A DNA stretch of 64,000 nt from Octopus vulgaris (GCA_951406725.2 OX597824.1:49042001-49106000); one strand, 5' to 3'. Shown: positions 1 through 13,985, numbered from the stretch's first letter. The notes: generated by a model from the letters alone, not told the origin. Numbers and translations are program-made.

Positions 1-241
1 ACGAAGTAATCAGCAAGAGGGTGTCATAAAATCGGTCTTTCTGAGGGGCATAGGCCGAGATAATGGTTGCTAACCAATGATGTAGTACTTATCCAATCTG
101 CAGTATTCTATCGCAGACTCTGACTACCTCGATAACCTTATCAACCCATTTCTCCCTAAGAAGTATACCCACTCCCCCGACCCCATCAGTGTTCCCTGCC
201 CAGAAAATCTTGTACCTATGTTCTTTGTGTATGAGGAGCCT

Positions 242-637
242 AGTGGAGTGGCTGTGTGGTAAGTAGCTTGCTTACCAACCACATGGTTCCGGGTTCAGTC
301 CCACTGCGTGGCATCTTGGGCAAGTGTCTTCTACTATAGCCCCGGGCCGACCAATGCCTTGTGAGTGGATTTGGTAAACGGAAACTGAAAGAAGCCTGTC
401 GTATATATATATATATATATGTGTGTGTGTATATATGTTTGTGTGTCTGTGTTTGTCCCCCTAGCATTGCTTGACAACCGATGTTGGTGTGTTTACGTCC
501 CCGTCACTTAGCGGTTTGGCAAAAGAGACTGATAGAATAAGTACTGGGCTTACAAAGAATAAGTCCCGGGGTCGATTTGCTCGACTAAAGGCGGTGCTCC
601 AGCATGGCCGCAGTCAAATGACTGAAACAAGTAAAAG
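242..637 (+). mobile_element. tRNA-derived SINE with internal (TA)/(TG) tract; abundant family
   Basis: A/B-box-like head (gtggtaag...ggttcagtccc). Related copies recur at about 7655, 14850, 15240 (-), 21980 (-), 36830 (-), 44580 (-) and 46240. Confidence 0.8.
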
Positions 638-675
638 ACTATATACACGTAATTATACATATATATAATTATACG

Positions 676-703
<28 letters not shown>

Positions 704-706
<3 letters not shown>

Positions 707-2055
707 TCATCATTGTTTAACGTCCGCTTTCCATGCTAGCATGGGTTGGACGATTTGACTGTGGACTGGCAAACTAGATGGCTGCACCAGGCTCCAATCT
801 GATCTGACAGAGTTTCTACAGCTGGATGCCCTTCCTAACGCCAACCACTCTAAGAGTGTAGTGAGTGCTTTTATGTGCCACCAGCAATAGGGCCAGTCAG
901 GCGGTACTGGCAATGGCCACACTCAAATGGTGTTTTTTTACATGCCACCAGCATGGAAGCAAGTAAGCTGCTCTGGCAATGATCACGCTCGGATGGTGCT
1001 CTTAGTACTCCACTAGCACGGATGCCAGTCATCGAATTTGATTTCGATTTCACTTGCCTCAACAGGTCTTCGCAAGCAGAGTTTAGTGTTCAATGAAGGC
1101 AAGGTATGCATAAGTGGGCTGGTTACACGCCTGGCATAGGCCACGAGGTTATGGTCTCACTTGGCTTGCCGGGTCTTCTCAAGCACAGCATATTTCCAAA
1201 GGTCTCAGTCACTGGTCATTGCCTAGATGAGGCCTAATGTTCAAAGGTCATGCTTCACCACTTCATCCCAGGTCTTCCTGGGTCTACCTCTACCACAGGT
1301 TCCCTCAACCGCCAGGGTGTGGCACTTTTTCACACAACTATCTTCATCCATTCTCGCTACATGACCATACCAGCGCAAACATCTCTCTTGCACACCACAA
1401 CTGATGCTTCTTAGGTCCAACTTTTCTCTCATGGTACTTACACCCTGTCGAGTATGCACACAGACGTTACACATCCATCGGAGCATATTGGCTTCATTCC
1501 TTGTGAGCTTACACATGTCCTCAGCAGTCATGGCCCATGTTTCACTGCCATGTAGCATGGCTCTTCATACACATGCGTCATACAGTCTACCTTTTACTCT
1601 GAGCGAGAGACCCTTTGTTACCACCAGAGGTAAGAGCTCTCTGAACTTTGCCCAGGCTATTCTTATTCTAGCAGCTACACTTTTAGCGCACCCACCCCTG
1701 CTACTGACTTGGTCACCTAGGTAACAGAAGCTATCAACTACTTGTACTTTTTCTCCCTGAATGTCGCAGAAGTTGTTCTCTGCACATTTTCAGTGTTTAT
1801 TGCTCCTGAGCATCTGCCACATACAAAAACTATCTTCCCAGTTAGCATTCCTTTCATATTGCTGCACCTCTTATGTTTCCGTAGCTTATACTGGGTACAT
1901 CTTACAGAGTTTCTACCTATGCTTTTTCTATAGATCAAGCAGGACAATCTACCTGAATGGATTTGTGGTTTGCCTGCCTTCCTACTTATTAGGAATTTGG
2001 TTTTAGCTAGGTTGACTCTAAGGCCCTTCAATTCTAATCCTTGTTTCCACACCTG
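704..2055 (-). mobile_element. RTE-clade LINE, 5'-truncated 3' fragment
   Basis: ORFs [11 protein letters not shown] and MLHGSETW...LRWYGHVARM...GRGRPRKTWDEVVKHDL are typical of the RTE C-terminus; 3' UTR ends in a (CAT)n/(ATG)n tail at about 704. Confidence 0.9.
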
Positions 2056-2061
2056 TATTCC

Positions 2062-2386
<325 letters not shown>

Positions 2387-2409
2387 TCTTTCCTTGTTTG
2401 GTTTTTATA

Positions 2410-3120
2410 AATTATAATAATTACTATAAATGGATTTAACCTAAATGGATTTTCCTGGTGGATTCATTCCTAATATTTATTATTATTTATGCGTGGAAGG
2501 TGTTTATAAGCCATTTAATAAACACACAAAAACCATTAGATTCACTTCAACATTTAAATTTAATCTGCCAAAATATTTTTGTCGCTTTAAGACCGCAACC
2601 TGTTCACTGACAAAATTCCGTGCTGCACAGAATTTTGTCAGTGAACAGGTTGTGGTCTCAAAGTGACGAAAATATATATATATGATATATATATTATATA
2701 ATGTGACCGCATGTGTACCGTTGGCGATTTTTTTCCTCTGTCTTCCCTTCTTTGGATCTTTCCTTTTCCTATGTTTCTGACAAAGAGCTCTGCTCAAAAC
2801 GTTAAACCCTCCTACTTTCCTGTGCGTCCAATAATACTATACTTGTTCCACGTCCTCGCGTTGTTGTGTTTTCATGTTAGGATTAACTATATATATATAT
2901 ATATATATTATATTAAATTAGAGACAAAAATATTAGCAAACAAACAATGAAAGACTTAAGCCAATACATATGTATTGGCTTAAGTCTTTCATTGTTTGAT
3001 TTGCCTAATAGTGGTTTTGTCTCTAATTTAATATAATATTTTACTATAAAATTGGATTCAGTCCTAAATCTGATTTTTCCCTGTAAGTTTGGATTTATTC
3101 CCTAATATTTATTATTATAT
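2410..3120. repeat. Cluster of fold-back repeats resembling Penelope-type element ends
   Basis: Hairpin at 2573-2675; perfect 58-bp palindrome at 2941-2998; direct repeat ggatt(c/t)attcc-taatatttattatt at about 2460 and 3090; degenerate CTGA..stem..AAAAC motif at 2777. Confidence 0.55.
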
Positions 3121-3136
3121 ATATATACATATATAT

Positions 3137-4280
3137 GATTTGATTTGATTTGATCTAGTTTCAGCTTGTGCTGTGGCCATGCTGGGGCACCGCCATTTGG
3201 TGTTGCTACATAATCTTACTTCACAAATGCTTTTTGGGAATTGACATTTGGTGCATGAGGGAGTTTGATGCCGCTGCCCTCATTTGCACCTCCTGTCACG
3301 ATGTTTATTCATCTGGGACACTTGACAGTAAGAGGTCCAGCTTTATTTTGAAGACACCTATGTCTACCCCATGCATGATATTGAAGAGGTGTGGTCCTCT
3401 GAAACCCAGGCTCTTGCAGTATCTTGTCCTATACCTTGATGGCAAATTTGGAGTCCTTGGCACTATGCAGTAGTACCCAGTTCTAGTATTTGTGTAACTC
3501 TCGATGTCAAAGTTTGGAACAAGTCCCTCCAGGATCTTCCAGATGTATATTATGGCATATCTTTCCTGCCTACACACTCAATCTCTTGTGTTTTTCCCAA
3601 TAGCTTATATGCTGCATAGAGGCTATATTCTTCATGTAGCTTCGTTGGATTGCCTTAAGTTCTGAGATTAATTTGACACTGGTTGATGACCATAGCTGAG
3701 AGAAATAGTCAAAGTGGCTTAGGGCAAGTGTCCTCCAGAGGACCATTATGGTTTCTTGATCTCTTATTCTAAAAGTTCTAAGAATCCATCTGGTCAGCTG
3801 CCTGTATTTCATTGCTAATTTAGCAACATGCACATGGAAGGATGCATCATTACGCATGTAAATGCCCAGGTCACGCACTGACTGTGCCTCTGAGATTGCA
3901 ATCCCTCCTAGTCCAGTGTATTTAATGGGCATTGCATTTAGTTTTGCATGCTGATAGCACTAGGCTTGAAACTTTTCAGCATTAAACTGCATGGTATTCT
4001 TTTCAGCCCACTTGTATATTTCATCCAGCTCACATTGTAGGTGCATAGTGTCTTTGGGGTTCTGTATTACCTGTGAGATTTTTGTATCATCTGCATAACT
4101 TGTGATCGTGGCTTTCTGTGTGGCTGAGGGCATGTCTGAGAGAACCATTGTGAACAGTAGTGGTCCCAAAACAGTGCCTTGTGGAACACTGCTCATTATT
4201 TGCATGTCATTTGAGGTGGCCCCATTGGCTGCTACCATCTGACTTCTATCCTTCAGAAAGTCATGAAGCCCTTCTTCCAA
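3137..4280 (-). mobile_element. CR1/L2-like LINE, RT-containing 3' fragment
   Basis: SVPQGTVLGPLLF, YADDTKI, MQFNAEKFQ and RDLGIYM RT motifs; (ATCAA)n tail at about 3137-3153. Confidence 0.88.
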
Positions 4281-4754
4281 TTTTTGTTGTTTTTGTACTG
4301 CTTAAAGGCACATTTCTTTCCTGGCAAGCTTACTATTTAAACCATGTTTGTGTTCTCCCAGTCAACAGCCTTATCATTACTGGTACTTTAAACTCTTCAG
4401 TTGCATATTTGTGTGAATAAAATCGTTTTTCTTTGGAATAGATAAAAAGTCTATCTTTATTTCTTCTTTTGCTGGTGTCTCAAATTTAGGTCAAATCAGT
4501 GTTTCTCAAAGGGGAGTCCTATGGGACGGTCAGACAAGTTGTTTTGAGAAAATTTGGTTTAAATGTTTGACAACTCAGCACCGTCCTTTCGACAGGGGCG
4601 TTTTGCTCGTATATATATATAGATTTGTAATGTATTATATATATATAGATATATATTTTTGTAATATATTTTATATATGTATATATTATATATATTTATA
4701 TATATAATAAATGATGAAAGAAATAGAAGATAGGTTTGATTATATATATATATA

Positions 4755-5209
4755 TTAGCTAAGCCCAGTTTCACCCAGTCAGTTTGGATGATGTGGCTGT
4801 AAAACCTGCCCAGTGTAAGCATTCAACTTGTTTGGGCACGCTTACGTTAAAAAAACAATTTTTGAATGACTTTTGTTGTCAAAATGCTAAAAATAACTGA
4901 CCAACAAAAGAAAAACCAACCAAGATTCAACCAAATCAAAAAATAAACCCAAATACTAAGCAAACAAAGATGAACCACTGCACTTCCATTGCGCGTATAC
5001 ACGCACACACACACACACACACTCACATACCCCCACTTTTACATACACACACATATATTCACACAGAGTTTAAATGCTGTTTGATTTATTTTCTTCAGCG
5101 TACAATTTTCATCATCCCACTACCAAGTATGACATCACCCCTTCCTTCCTTATTCATCTATAACCCCTTCCGTTCTCATTCATAAACACAAGAGTATTAT
5201 TATCGTAGA
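4755..5209 (-). mobile_element. Non-autonomous Helitron-like element
   Basis: Minus strand reads A|TCTACGATAATA... at the 5' end, with an imperfect subterminal hairpin (CTGGGTGAAACTGGG) followed by CTAA|T at the 3' end. Confidence 0.45.
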
Positions 5210-6349
5210 TTATCTCAGTAACCGTGGGGGCTATGAAAAAATACGAAGCCCAACATCACCACCAGATCATTCTATGCATCTGTGTAATTTTTCATGCAAT
5301 TCCACCCAGCTCTTTGACCATGAATCCCAAGACAAGAATCGCCCATGTCAAATTTATATATATGTATATATATATATATAAATTTAAAATGAGGGTGAGA
5401 AATTAGATAATTTAATTAACATCATTTTAAATTTAAATTTAAATTAATACGTTCTCTAACCGGCAAAGGCCACTGCTGTAAATTATTTTCTGCAGTATCA
5501 TTTTTTCCGGTAATTTAGCATGAGGACATTTGAATAGTAACCATGAGTGTTATGGGTAGAACTGTTTACAAGTCTGACTTTGTGCAGACGTCTTGGTATG
5601 CAGTTCTGCAAATTATATTCATTTGGACAGTCACACTGAAGATCTACGGACATCTTACGTAAATAAAATTACGTAATATGGTGATAGTGAAACATGTATG
5701 TGAATAATCCATATTTTTATTGCTTTTCTTTTGTCTTGCTCAATTATGTTTTGGTTGGTTTGCTGAATTTTTCTTGAGAACATTTTTTAGTGGTAAGACC
5801 ATAGAAGATCTATTTCTAGCATAAGGGTGTCCACATAGTGGTTTCCCTCTCATATGTATACATATCATGATGATGATGATATATATATATTTATAATGTA
5901 ATATATATATATGCATTATATTATATATGACGCAAAATTTCTAAATTGTAAAGCCAGTCATACCTGTATCACAGTGATTTCAAACTTTGTGAAAATATAA
6001 CATCTTCATCCTCAGTGAGTCTGACTGACCTTGTTTCATAAAGCTTGCCCGTCTCATCTGATGTGTGTGATGTTTGTTTTTAATGCTGCAGCAAATTTAA
6101 AAAAGTGATCGAAGTGAATAAAAATTATAAAAAATTTAAAGATATTGTTTACAACAATATCAGTGGCTTAGCATGCATAAAAAACCATAAGGATAAATAA
6201 TTATTAATTGATAATGAATGCTAAAATAGGAGTCAAAAACGACTTCAGATCACAAATTTTCACTAAAACACTAAGGTGAAATCGGGAGAGTGGACGAAAA
6301 TAACTTTAAGACCCCATACAAATGACATGTATATATATATATATATACA

Positions 6350-6830
6350 TACGAGGTGAGGTTCATTCAAAAAGTATCTGACTTTATTTTTTCCCAACAA
6401 AATTAATGCTGCATGGACAAATTCCGCTGGGTGGTAGGTAATGTCACCCTTCCTGAGCATGCATGGAAATTTTTATTCCTGGCTATTACACATAGAGTAA
6501 CAGCTGGATTTTCATTTTCACCGAACACATTGAGCAGATATAGTACATCAAGTTTATGGCAAAACTTGGCAGTACTCAAGCTCAAACCATCCTCTGGATG
6601 AGTTTGATTCAGCAGACCTTTGGTGATGATGCCATATACAAAACTCAGATTAAGGAGTGGTACAACCACTTCAAACTTGGTTGTACCTCAGTGGAGAGCA
6701 AGGTATGCTCAAGCAGGCCATGCACTAGCTAAAACAAGGAGCTGATTGAGAAGGTTTGGCAAATAGTTATGGAAGACCGTTGTGTAATAATCTAGGAAAT
6801 TGTTCACGAAGTGAAGATAAGCATAGGATC
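6350..6830 (+). mobile_element. Degraded mariner 5' fragment
   Basis: TA-CGAGG TIR-like start; broken frame reads QTFGDDAIYKTQIKEWYNHFKLG...VMEDRC...EIVHEVKISIGS, homologous to the HTH region of the 50577 element. Confidence 0.75.
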
Positions 6831-6886
6831 AGATTGAACACTGAACTCTCACCATCGCTGAATGACAGATCCACCACCATATATAT

Positions 6887-7595
6887 TATCATCATCATCA
6901 TTGTTGTTTAACATCCATTTTCCATGCTGGCATGGATTGGATTGTTTGACAGAGAACTGGGAGGCTGCACCAGGCTCCAATCTGATTTGGCTAGGTTTCT
7001 ACAGCTGGATGCGCTTCCTAATACCAACCACTCTGAGAGTGAAGTGGGTACTTTTTATGTGTCACCAGCATGGGAGCCAGACAGCCAGCTCTGGCACCAG
7101 CCACCCTTGAATGGATCTTTTTACATGCCACTGGCACTGGAGCCAGCAGACGCAATTTGCATTGGCCACGCTTGAATAGTGCTTTTTTGAATAGTGCACA
7201 GGTGCCACTCAGGTAGTACTGGCATTGGCCATGACTATGATTTCACTCAGTTCAACAGGTCTTCACAAACATGGCATATCAGCCAACAATTGAAGGTGCT
7301 TTTAAACAGGCCAGTTATGTGACACTGGCATCAGCCACAACTACGATCTCACTTGGTTTGCCGGGCCTTCTCAAGCACAGCATATCTTCAAAGGTCTCGA
7401 TCGCTTGTCATTACCTCTGTGAGTCCCAACATTTGATGGTCATGCTTCACCACCTCATCCCATGTCTTCCTGGGTGTACCTCTTTCACAGGTTCCCTCCA
7501 CTGTTAGGGTGTGACACTTCTTCACACAGCTGTTCTCATCCATATGAATCACATGACCATACCAGCACACTGCATCTGAGTCCAACTTTTCTCTC

Positions 7596-7597
<2 letters not shown>
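6887..7597 (-). mobile_element. RTE LINE 3' fragment
   Basis: WYGHVIHMDENSCVKKC...RGTPRKTWDEVVKHD with the same 3' UTR and (CAT)n tail as 704-2055. Confidence 0.85.
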
Positions 7598-7627
<30 letters not shown>

Positions 7628-8201
7628 GTGTCTGTGTATATATATGTACATATGGCGACTGTGTGGTTGAGTAGATCACTTCCCAACTGCATGGTTTTGG
7701 GTTCAATCCTATTGCATAGCACTTTGGACAAATGTCTTCTACTATAGCCTCAAGCTGACCAAAGCCTTGAGAGTAAATTTAGTAAACAGAAACTGATAGA
7801 AGCTCATTGTGTATGTATGTATATGCACTGATATGGTCATGTGATGCATATTGATGAGGACAGCTGCATAAACCCTGCCAAAATAGACAATTGGAACCTG
7901 GGCAGCTCCCCAGCTGGTCAGTTCTTGTCACACTGTCCAACACATGCCATTATGGAAAGTAGATGTTAAATGATGATGATGTGAGTTTGTGTCCCTCCCC
8001 TTCATGCATCATGTATTGATTGTAAACAAGTGTCACTGATAGGGAAGCATGAAAATATAACTGTTAAAACAATAATAATGGTGAAGATATAGTTCTATAG
8101 AGATCATTAAATTTCATAAATATTCTCTGTTTTATTGCACTTTTAACTACATTTTAATTTTCCTATGGTTTTTCTTCATTTATATCTTATTACAACCACA
8201 G

Positions 8202-8287
8202 GTTTTGGGGCAAAATTGCTTCTTCATCCAGTCAGCACAACCCTGATACTTTGCTTGTCATCAAAAATAATGCTCATGGCCTATCTA
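8202..8287 (+). CDS. TRNT1: CCA tRNA nucleotidyltransferase 1, internal exon (first found in window)
   Basis: cag|...|gtaagt; translates (R)FWGKIASSSSQHNPDTLLVIKNNAHGLS, aligning with the recalled vertebrate TRNT1 RFYGRI...HDPETLEAIAENAKGLAG; ends in phase 1, matching the next exon. The upstream exon was not found in the window. Confidence 0.9.
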
Positions 8288-9540
8288 GTAAGTTTGTATT
8301 TTATATAATATTGATCTATCATTTGCCTATTTGATAATGTTGGTAGTGAAGGCACATGGTTCAGTTGTTAGAGCATCAGGCTCACTATCATAAGGTAGTG
8401 AGTTTGATTCCTAGATTGGGCTGTATGTTGTGTTCTTGGGCAAGACACTTTATTTCAAATTGCTCCACTTCTCTCAACTGGTGTCAAGCTGTATCGGCAT
8501 TTACCTTTCCTTTTGATAACATTGGTGGCATGGAGAGGGGAGGCTAGTATGCATAGGTAACTGCTAATCTTCCATAAACATTCTTGTTTGAATTTGTGCC
8601 TTGCGGGTGGGTGTGGGTACTTTCTAGGTGCAATACCATGGTCAGTCATGTCTGAAGGGGGTCTTTAATATTGGGCTGTTATCACTCCAGGCAAAATGCT
8701 TAGCAGCATTTCGTCTGTCTTTATGCTCTGAGTTTAAATTCTGCCAAGGTTGACTTTGTCTTTCATCCTTTTAGGGTCAATAAAATAAGTACTAGTTAAG
8801 CACCAGGGTCAATGTAATCAACCTTTCCAAAATTGCTGGCTTGGTGCCAAAATTTGAAACCAATGTTATACTAGTCTGTCCAATAATATTGTGAAAGCAC
8901 ATGACATAGTGGTGAGAGTGATGCACTCAATATTGCAAGATTGTGGTTTCAATTCCCAGATTAGGCAGTGTGTTGTGTTCTTGAGCAAAACACTTCATTT
9001 CACATTGTTCCATTCCACTCAGTTGTAAATGAGTAACCCTGTGATGGAGGGGAATGATCTCAGTAACCAACACATTGAGTCCTAGGACTTGAAATAGTAC
9101 ATTTTTTAGTAATGACTGTGGCCATACTGGAGCACTGCATTAAAGAACTTTTTAGTTGAAAGAATTATCCTCTGTACTTTTTTTTTAAAGCCTGGTACTT
9201 ATTCTACAAATCTCTTTTTGCAGAACTGCTAAGTTACAGAGATGTGAACAAACCAACACTGGTTGTCAAGCAGTAGTGGGGGACAAACACAAAGACACAC
9301 ACATAGAGGTATACACACACATGCACACACACATATATAATTATAAGATCCAAAGATCTAAGTATAGTAAGTTTAAGCTTCAAGCAGTGTGTGATATGTA
9401 TAAAAATAACGTTCAGGAACAATGATAATTTATTGGCATCAAAATTTGTAGGCTTTCCCCATATCAAAGTTTGATAAGCTGAAAAAGTTATTTTATAGCT
9501 CACAGTTAGCTACTTGAGTTGCTATGAATGTGAATAAAAG

Positions 9541-9903
9541 TCCAAACTGAGGGATTGGAGCAGGTAAAATTCAGACTGCATATGTTTCCTAGCTAGCAGA
9601 TCCTCTGATGTAATAATTAGTCTATGAGGGGTAATCAGCTAGCTACTCATGAAGCCAAAGATACCTTAATTATATGAAGGTTACAGTGTCATTAAGGAAT
9701 CTCAAATTAACTTGCCAACGATATAATTTTGCCAAGCTAACTTGGAATTCCTTAACAATGTAACCTTCATATGACTAAGGTATCTTTGGCCTGATGAGTA
9801 GCTAGCAGAGTATCCCTTGTTGAGTAATTATTACATCAGAGGATCTGCTAGCTAGGAAACATATATAGCCTGGATTTTACCTACTCCTTTCTCTCAATTT
9901 GGA
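9541..9903. repeat. About 360-bp fold-back (palindromic) element
   Basis: Left arm (tatgtttcctagctagcagatcctctgatgtaataatta...) is the reverse complement of the right arm (taattattacatcagaggatctgctagctaggaaacata); centre near 9722. Confidence 0.9.
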
Positions 9904-9915
9904 GAGAATGGAGTA

Positions 9916-10200
9916 AAGTGGTTTTTAACCAGGGTTCATATAAGATTTTGGTGGGTCCATGCAACAAAATAGTAAATTGGGGATCCACAATAGAATTTTA
10001 TGTTCCCCTAAAAAAATTTTGCTTTAGATGTATGTATTAGTAAGTTTTGCAAAAAGCAGCTATGTAGAAAGCAAAATAGGAATTTTGAAAGAAGTATGTA
10101 TAAAACTAGTTTTTAAATATCAAATGGCTATGGGGGTCCATCAAAATAAAATATTTATCAAAGGAGTCCATAGACAAAAAACAATGGTTGGGAACCACTG
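9916..10200. mobile_element. hAT/Charlie-like MITE
   Basis: Termini agtggtttttaacc ... ggttgggaaccactg resemble CAGTGGTTCTCAACC-type TIRs; no TSD evident. Confidence 0.55.
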
Positions 10201-10999
10201 TTCTAATGTAATAATTCATGAGATCAGGCGTAGAGTATCCAGCACTGAATGATCCTTTGTTTCCCTCCACTAACTGTGGACTGAAGGCGGTAGAACTTTA
10301 GTGCCTGTCTTGATAACTTGCTGAAACTTTTAGTAGAAAATGCTGTGCATTGTAAAATAGCCGGTAATAGTAGCTGAGATACAGTTGACAGTAAACCACT
10401 TATATACTGACTACCAAGCTATTACTACAGAAACTAAAGTTATTAAGGGGAATCCCATTTTCACTTAGATCTGGAAGATCCATATCAGCACATGTAGACA
10501 CCAGACAGCAACAATATCAGAAGGTGTTTGACACTATTCAAAGGGATTCAAAGGGGACAGGAGCAAAAATGAACCCAGACAAGTTGGTGAGCTTGCAAAT
10601 CATCACATGGTAAGGCATGTCAAAGCCATTGGAAAACATGATGGTATGTCGGATTGGTATAATTACTTGGGATATGGTTTAGTCTAGACCTCTAAGTGGA
10701 TCAGAACTGGGATGAGATTATAAGTAGCCAGGCCAGCCTCACCCAGAAATTATCCTAGAGGCAGCTACCCATAAAAGAGTCTGGCGAAGATAGCAAATAA
10801 AACATTGTCTTTATTTATATTACTGCTTAACTGATATGTTTTGCCTTAGTTTTCATTTGATTTTTGATCGAAGTATCTGATATTTCACTTCTTGTGAAAG
10901 AGACACATTTGACTGGTCAGGCAGTCCGTCTACTACCAACATTCTTTGTGCAGAGGGCTCAGTATACTGTAAGTGATTATGTACAGATATGTACTGATG

Positions 11000-13985
11000 T
11001 TGCAGTATCTACCAAGATTCTGGTTAGTGAGCAAGTGTTTTCTCACTGTTTATCTATTTGGCAGAGCAATTGTTGTTCATCAAGATAGGGCACTTCTGGA
11101 ATATTGTCTGGTACTGTCTGTAGTCTCTTCCAGTTGAGCAATGCAGTCAGTAGAATCTCTACATTAGCATTCAGTAGAAGACTGGTAGTGGAGAATAGCA
11201 ACAAAATTCCTGAAATAATTCTGGGTGTTGACAAGAATAAACTGGATGGTCTGTTCTAGAGCACTTCCAGCCTGAGAACTATGAATAACCTGCAGAAATA
11301 CCTGGCCTGGCAATGCCACTGAGGAGCAAAATCAGTTTGAGTAAAATTCTATATGTACAGAAGCTGCCAACTTAGGCCAGTCTCAGATGTGTGCATGCAG
11401 AAACTATTCTGCATGCATACATTCTACATTTGAACATTACTGACTCATTGAGTTTTGTTGAACAACTTTGTTGTATGAAGGACAAATCCATTGATAGGTT
11501 GAGTCCATTGTGAAAAATCATCCCACTGTATTCATTTAGGGTGGAAGAGTAGGAAACTTTACTCTGCCTGGTGATTATAGAGAAAGAGATTGTGTTGTAG
11601 GCATGATTAAAAGGACTCATAACAAATACTTTCCTTTTCAGCCAAGCCCTCAGTGTGAGGTTCTGCAAAAAGGGATCTCAATCTCTGAAATAAGGGGTCA
11701 ATGAGCAGTTGCTCATGGAACAAATCACCCAGTTTGAATGGTTTCCCCCCCCCTACAAATTCTACAAGTTAATGCCAGACTTGTTTGATGACCTCTTCAC
11801 AGATATCTACCACAGCTGACAGCAGAACTGGAGAATTCCTAGTACTGTGAGCCAAAGAATAGCACTGTTGAAAAAGAATGCTGACAAAGAGAATGTTATA
11901 GGCAATTTTTGGTCAATAATTCTCCTAAACACAGAGTATAAGATTTTTGGCCAAGGTGTTAGTGAAAATTGAAAAGGTTGGCACTTGTCATCAGTGATCT
12001 AGTTAGGTAGGCATAAATATGTATGACCCCAAACAGGTTCATCCACAACAACCTCTACTTGATGTCATACATCATAGGATCAAAGGTGGTTTCCATAGGG
12101 CCATGATCAATTTGGTTCTGTCAAAAGCTTTCAGTGGGGTTGACCATTGTTACTTGGAAGCTATCATGAAATTGGTTGGTTTTGAACCTGTTTTCAGAGA
12201 TTATGTTGTTGCAATTCACAGCAGCAGCTGTTTAGTGGTCAAAGTAAACGGCCATCTCTTGGAACTATTTTGTGTTGCACACTCAGTCAGTCAGGGCTGA
12301 CTGCTCTCACCTTTTCTCTATGTACTGGCTCTTGAGCTATTTCTCCAGAAGTTGGAACATTTGAGGTTCATCCCTTTCACACTGGGATTCAGGAAGGCCA
12401 TTTCAGTGTATGCAAACATCATTGTCATGTTGTTGGGCACTTCTAAAGCGAAGTTGGTCAGTATCTGATTTTCATTGTAAAGTAAAACAAGATAGTGGCA
12501 AGGGCCAAGATCAACACAGACAAGTCAGTGAGCTTGCAGCTACGCACCCATTGGACAACATTATTGAATGCTGGCCTGATGAATCAGTTAAACTGCTCAG
12601 GATTTGGTTTGATCCTAACTTCTAGGTGGAGAGGAACTGGGCAAAGGTGATGAACAAGGTAGCCAGCCTTACCTAGAAATGGGAAGAGAGGAAGCTGCCC
12701 CTGGAAGGATGAGCAGAGGTGCCAAATGCCTGCATTGCCTCCATTATTGTTTACTGCCTGGCTCTCATGCCTTGCCCCAGTTACCACCTGATCAGATTGG
12801 AGTGGCCATTATTCAGTATCTTGTTGAAGAGATACTTTCTACTGGTCAGGTTATCTATTTGTTAGCACAACCCTCTACATGGCAGCTTAGGCATACTATA
12901 ATTTCTGATGCATAGATACATGCTGTGGATGTCCCACCAGCATAGATTTCTTGATGATGAATGACCATGGGCACTGTTTATGAGGCACATCTTTCTGCAG
13001 CTCATCTTCTTGACAGAACTGCTGCCCTGGGTGAAGCAAAAACCAAGACTGTGCACTTGACACAGAATACTATAAGGTGCTCACTGTCCTCAACTAGTCA
13101 GGCAATTGGTCAGAGGATGTTTCACTCTAGCAATCTATAGTGGATTAGTGGAGGTGAAGAGGAACTATGTTCTCGATGTGACTTGGGGAGACTGGCTAGC
13201 CTTTTCCAGAGGACTTTAAGATTGAGGACTCCCATGGATAATTTCCAGAAGTCTTTGGCCTAGCCATGCTATTAAGGGGTGTAATAAGTTCAAGGTAAAT
13301 TCTGCAGACATGGAAGTTCCACCAGAAGGGCTTGTCTGAGATGTGCACAGAGCAACAAATTTGTTTTTCATGCACTCATTCAGTGTCCTAGTATTGCTGC
13401 AGTTACATCAAACAGTTGTTGTCACGTGTAGAACAAATCCAGCTGTAAGCTAAGTCCATAATGATGATTGCACTGCATCTCTTCTTTAACCAGGCAAAGA
13501 AGGTGGTTTTCTTTATTTAGTGACATTGACAAAAGAAGTTGTGTGGTAGGTGAGGCTGAAAAGTATGACAGAGACTTCTCTCTTTCGTTGAGCCCTCATT
13601 GACTTTTTCAAGAAAAAGAAAATCAAGATGAGAGACAAGCACTGTCTTTAAGAGAATTTATTGAAAGATATGTGTGTGTGATGAAAACAGCAAGACTAGA
13701 TGCAACCACTTCAAGTATAAACTTGTAAGTAAGAGAAAAAATTGGAACAAGCACTTACCCTTGATGTTCAGGGAGTTCTTGAATGGTGGGGTTCTTCAAC
13801 TGACCCTGGACGTCCTCCTGTATCAGTTCAATCACATCATTGTCATCTTTTCTTTTTATTGAAGTATACTATGTATACATTATTTCATTTCTTTTTCTTA
13901 ATATTTTATACCACAAATACTTACATTCCTTTTTTTCTTCATCATTTTATATAAATCCCCACATTTTATATCTATAAATGAAAGA
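11000..13985 (+). mobile_element. Highly degraded Tx1/L1-like LINE
   Basis: Broken RT motifs: IILLNTEYKI, LSKAFSGVDHCYL, HSVSQG*LLSPFLYVLALE and SVYAN (YADD equivalent); many stops and frameshifts. Boundaries approximate. Confidence 0.7.

Noticed and set aside
242-320. tRNA-like sequences here and at other SINE heads
   Set aside because: They continue into SINE bodies and do not close a full cloverleaf; not tRNA genes.
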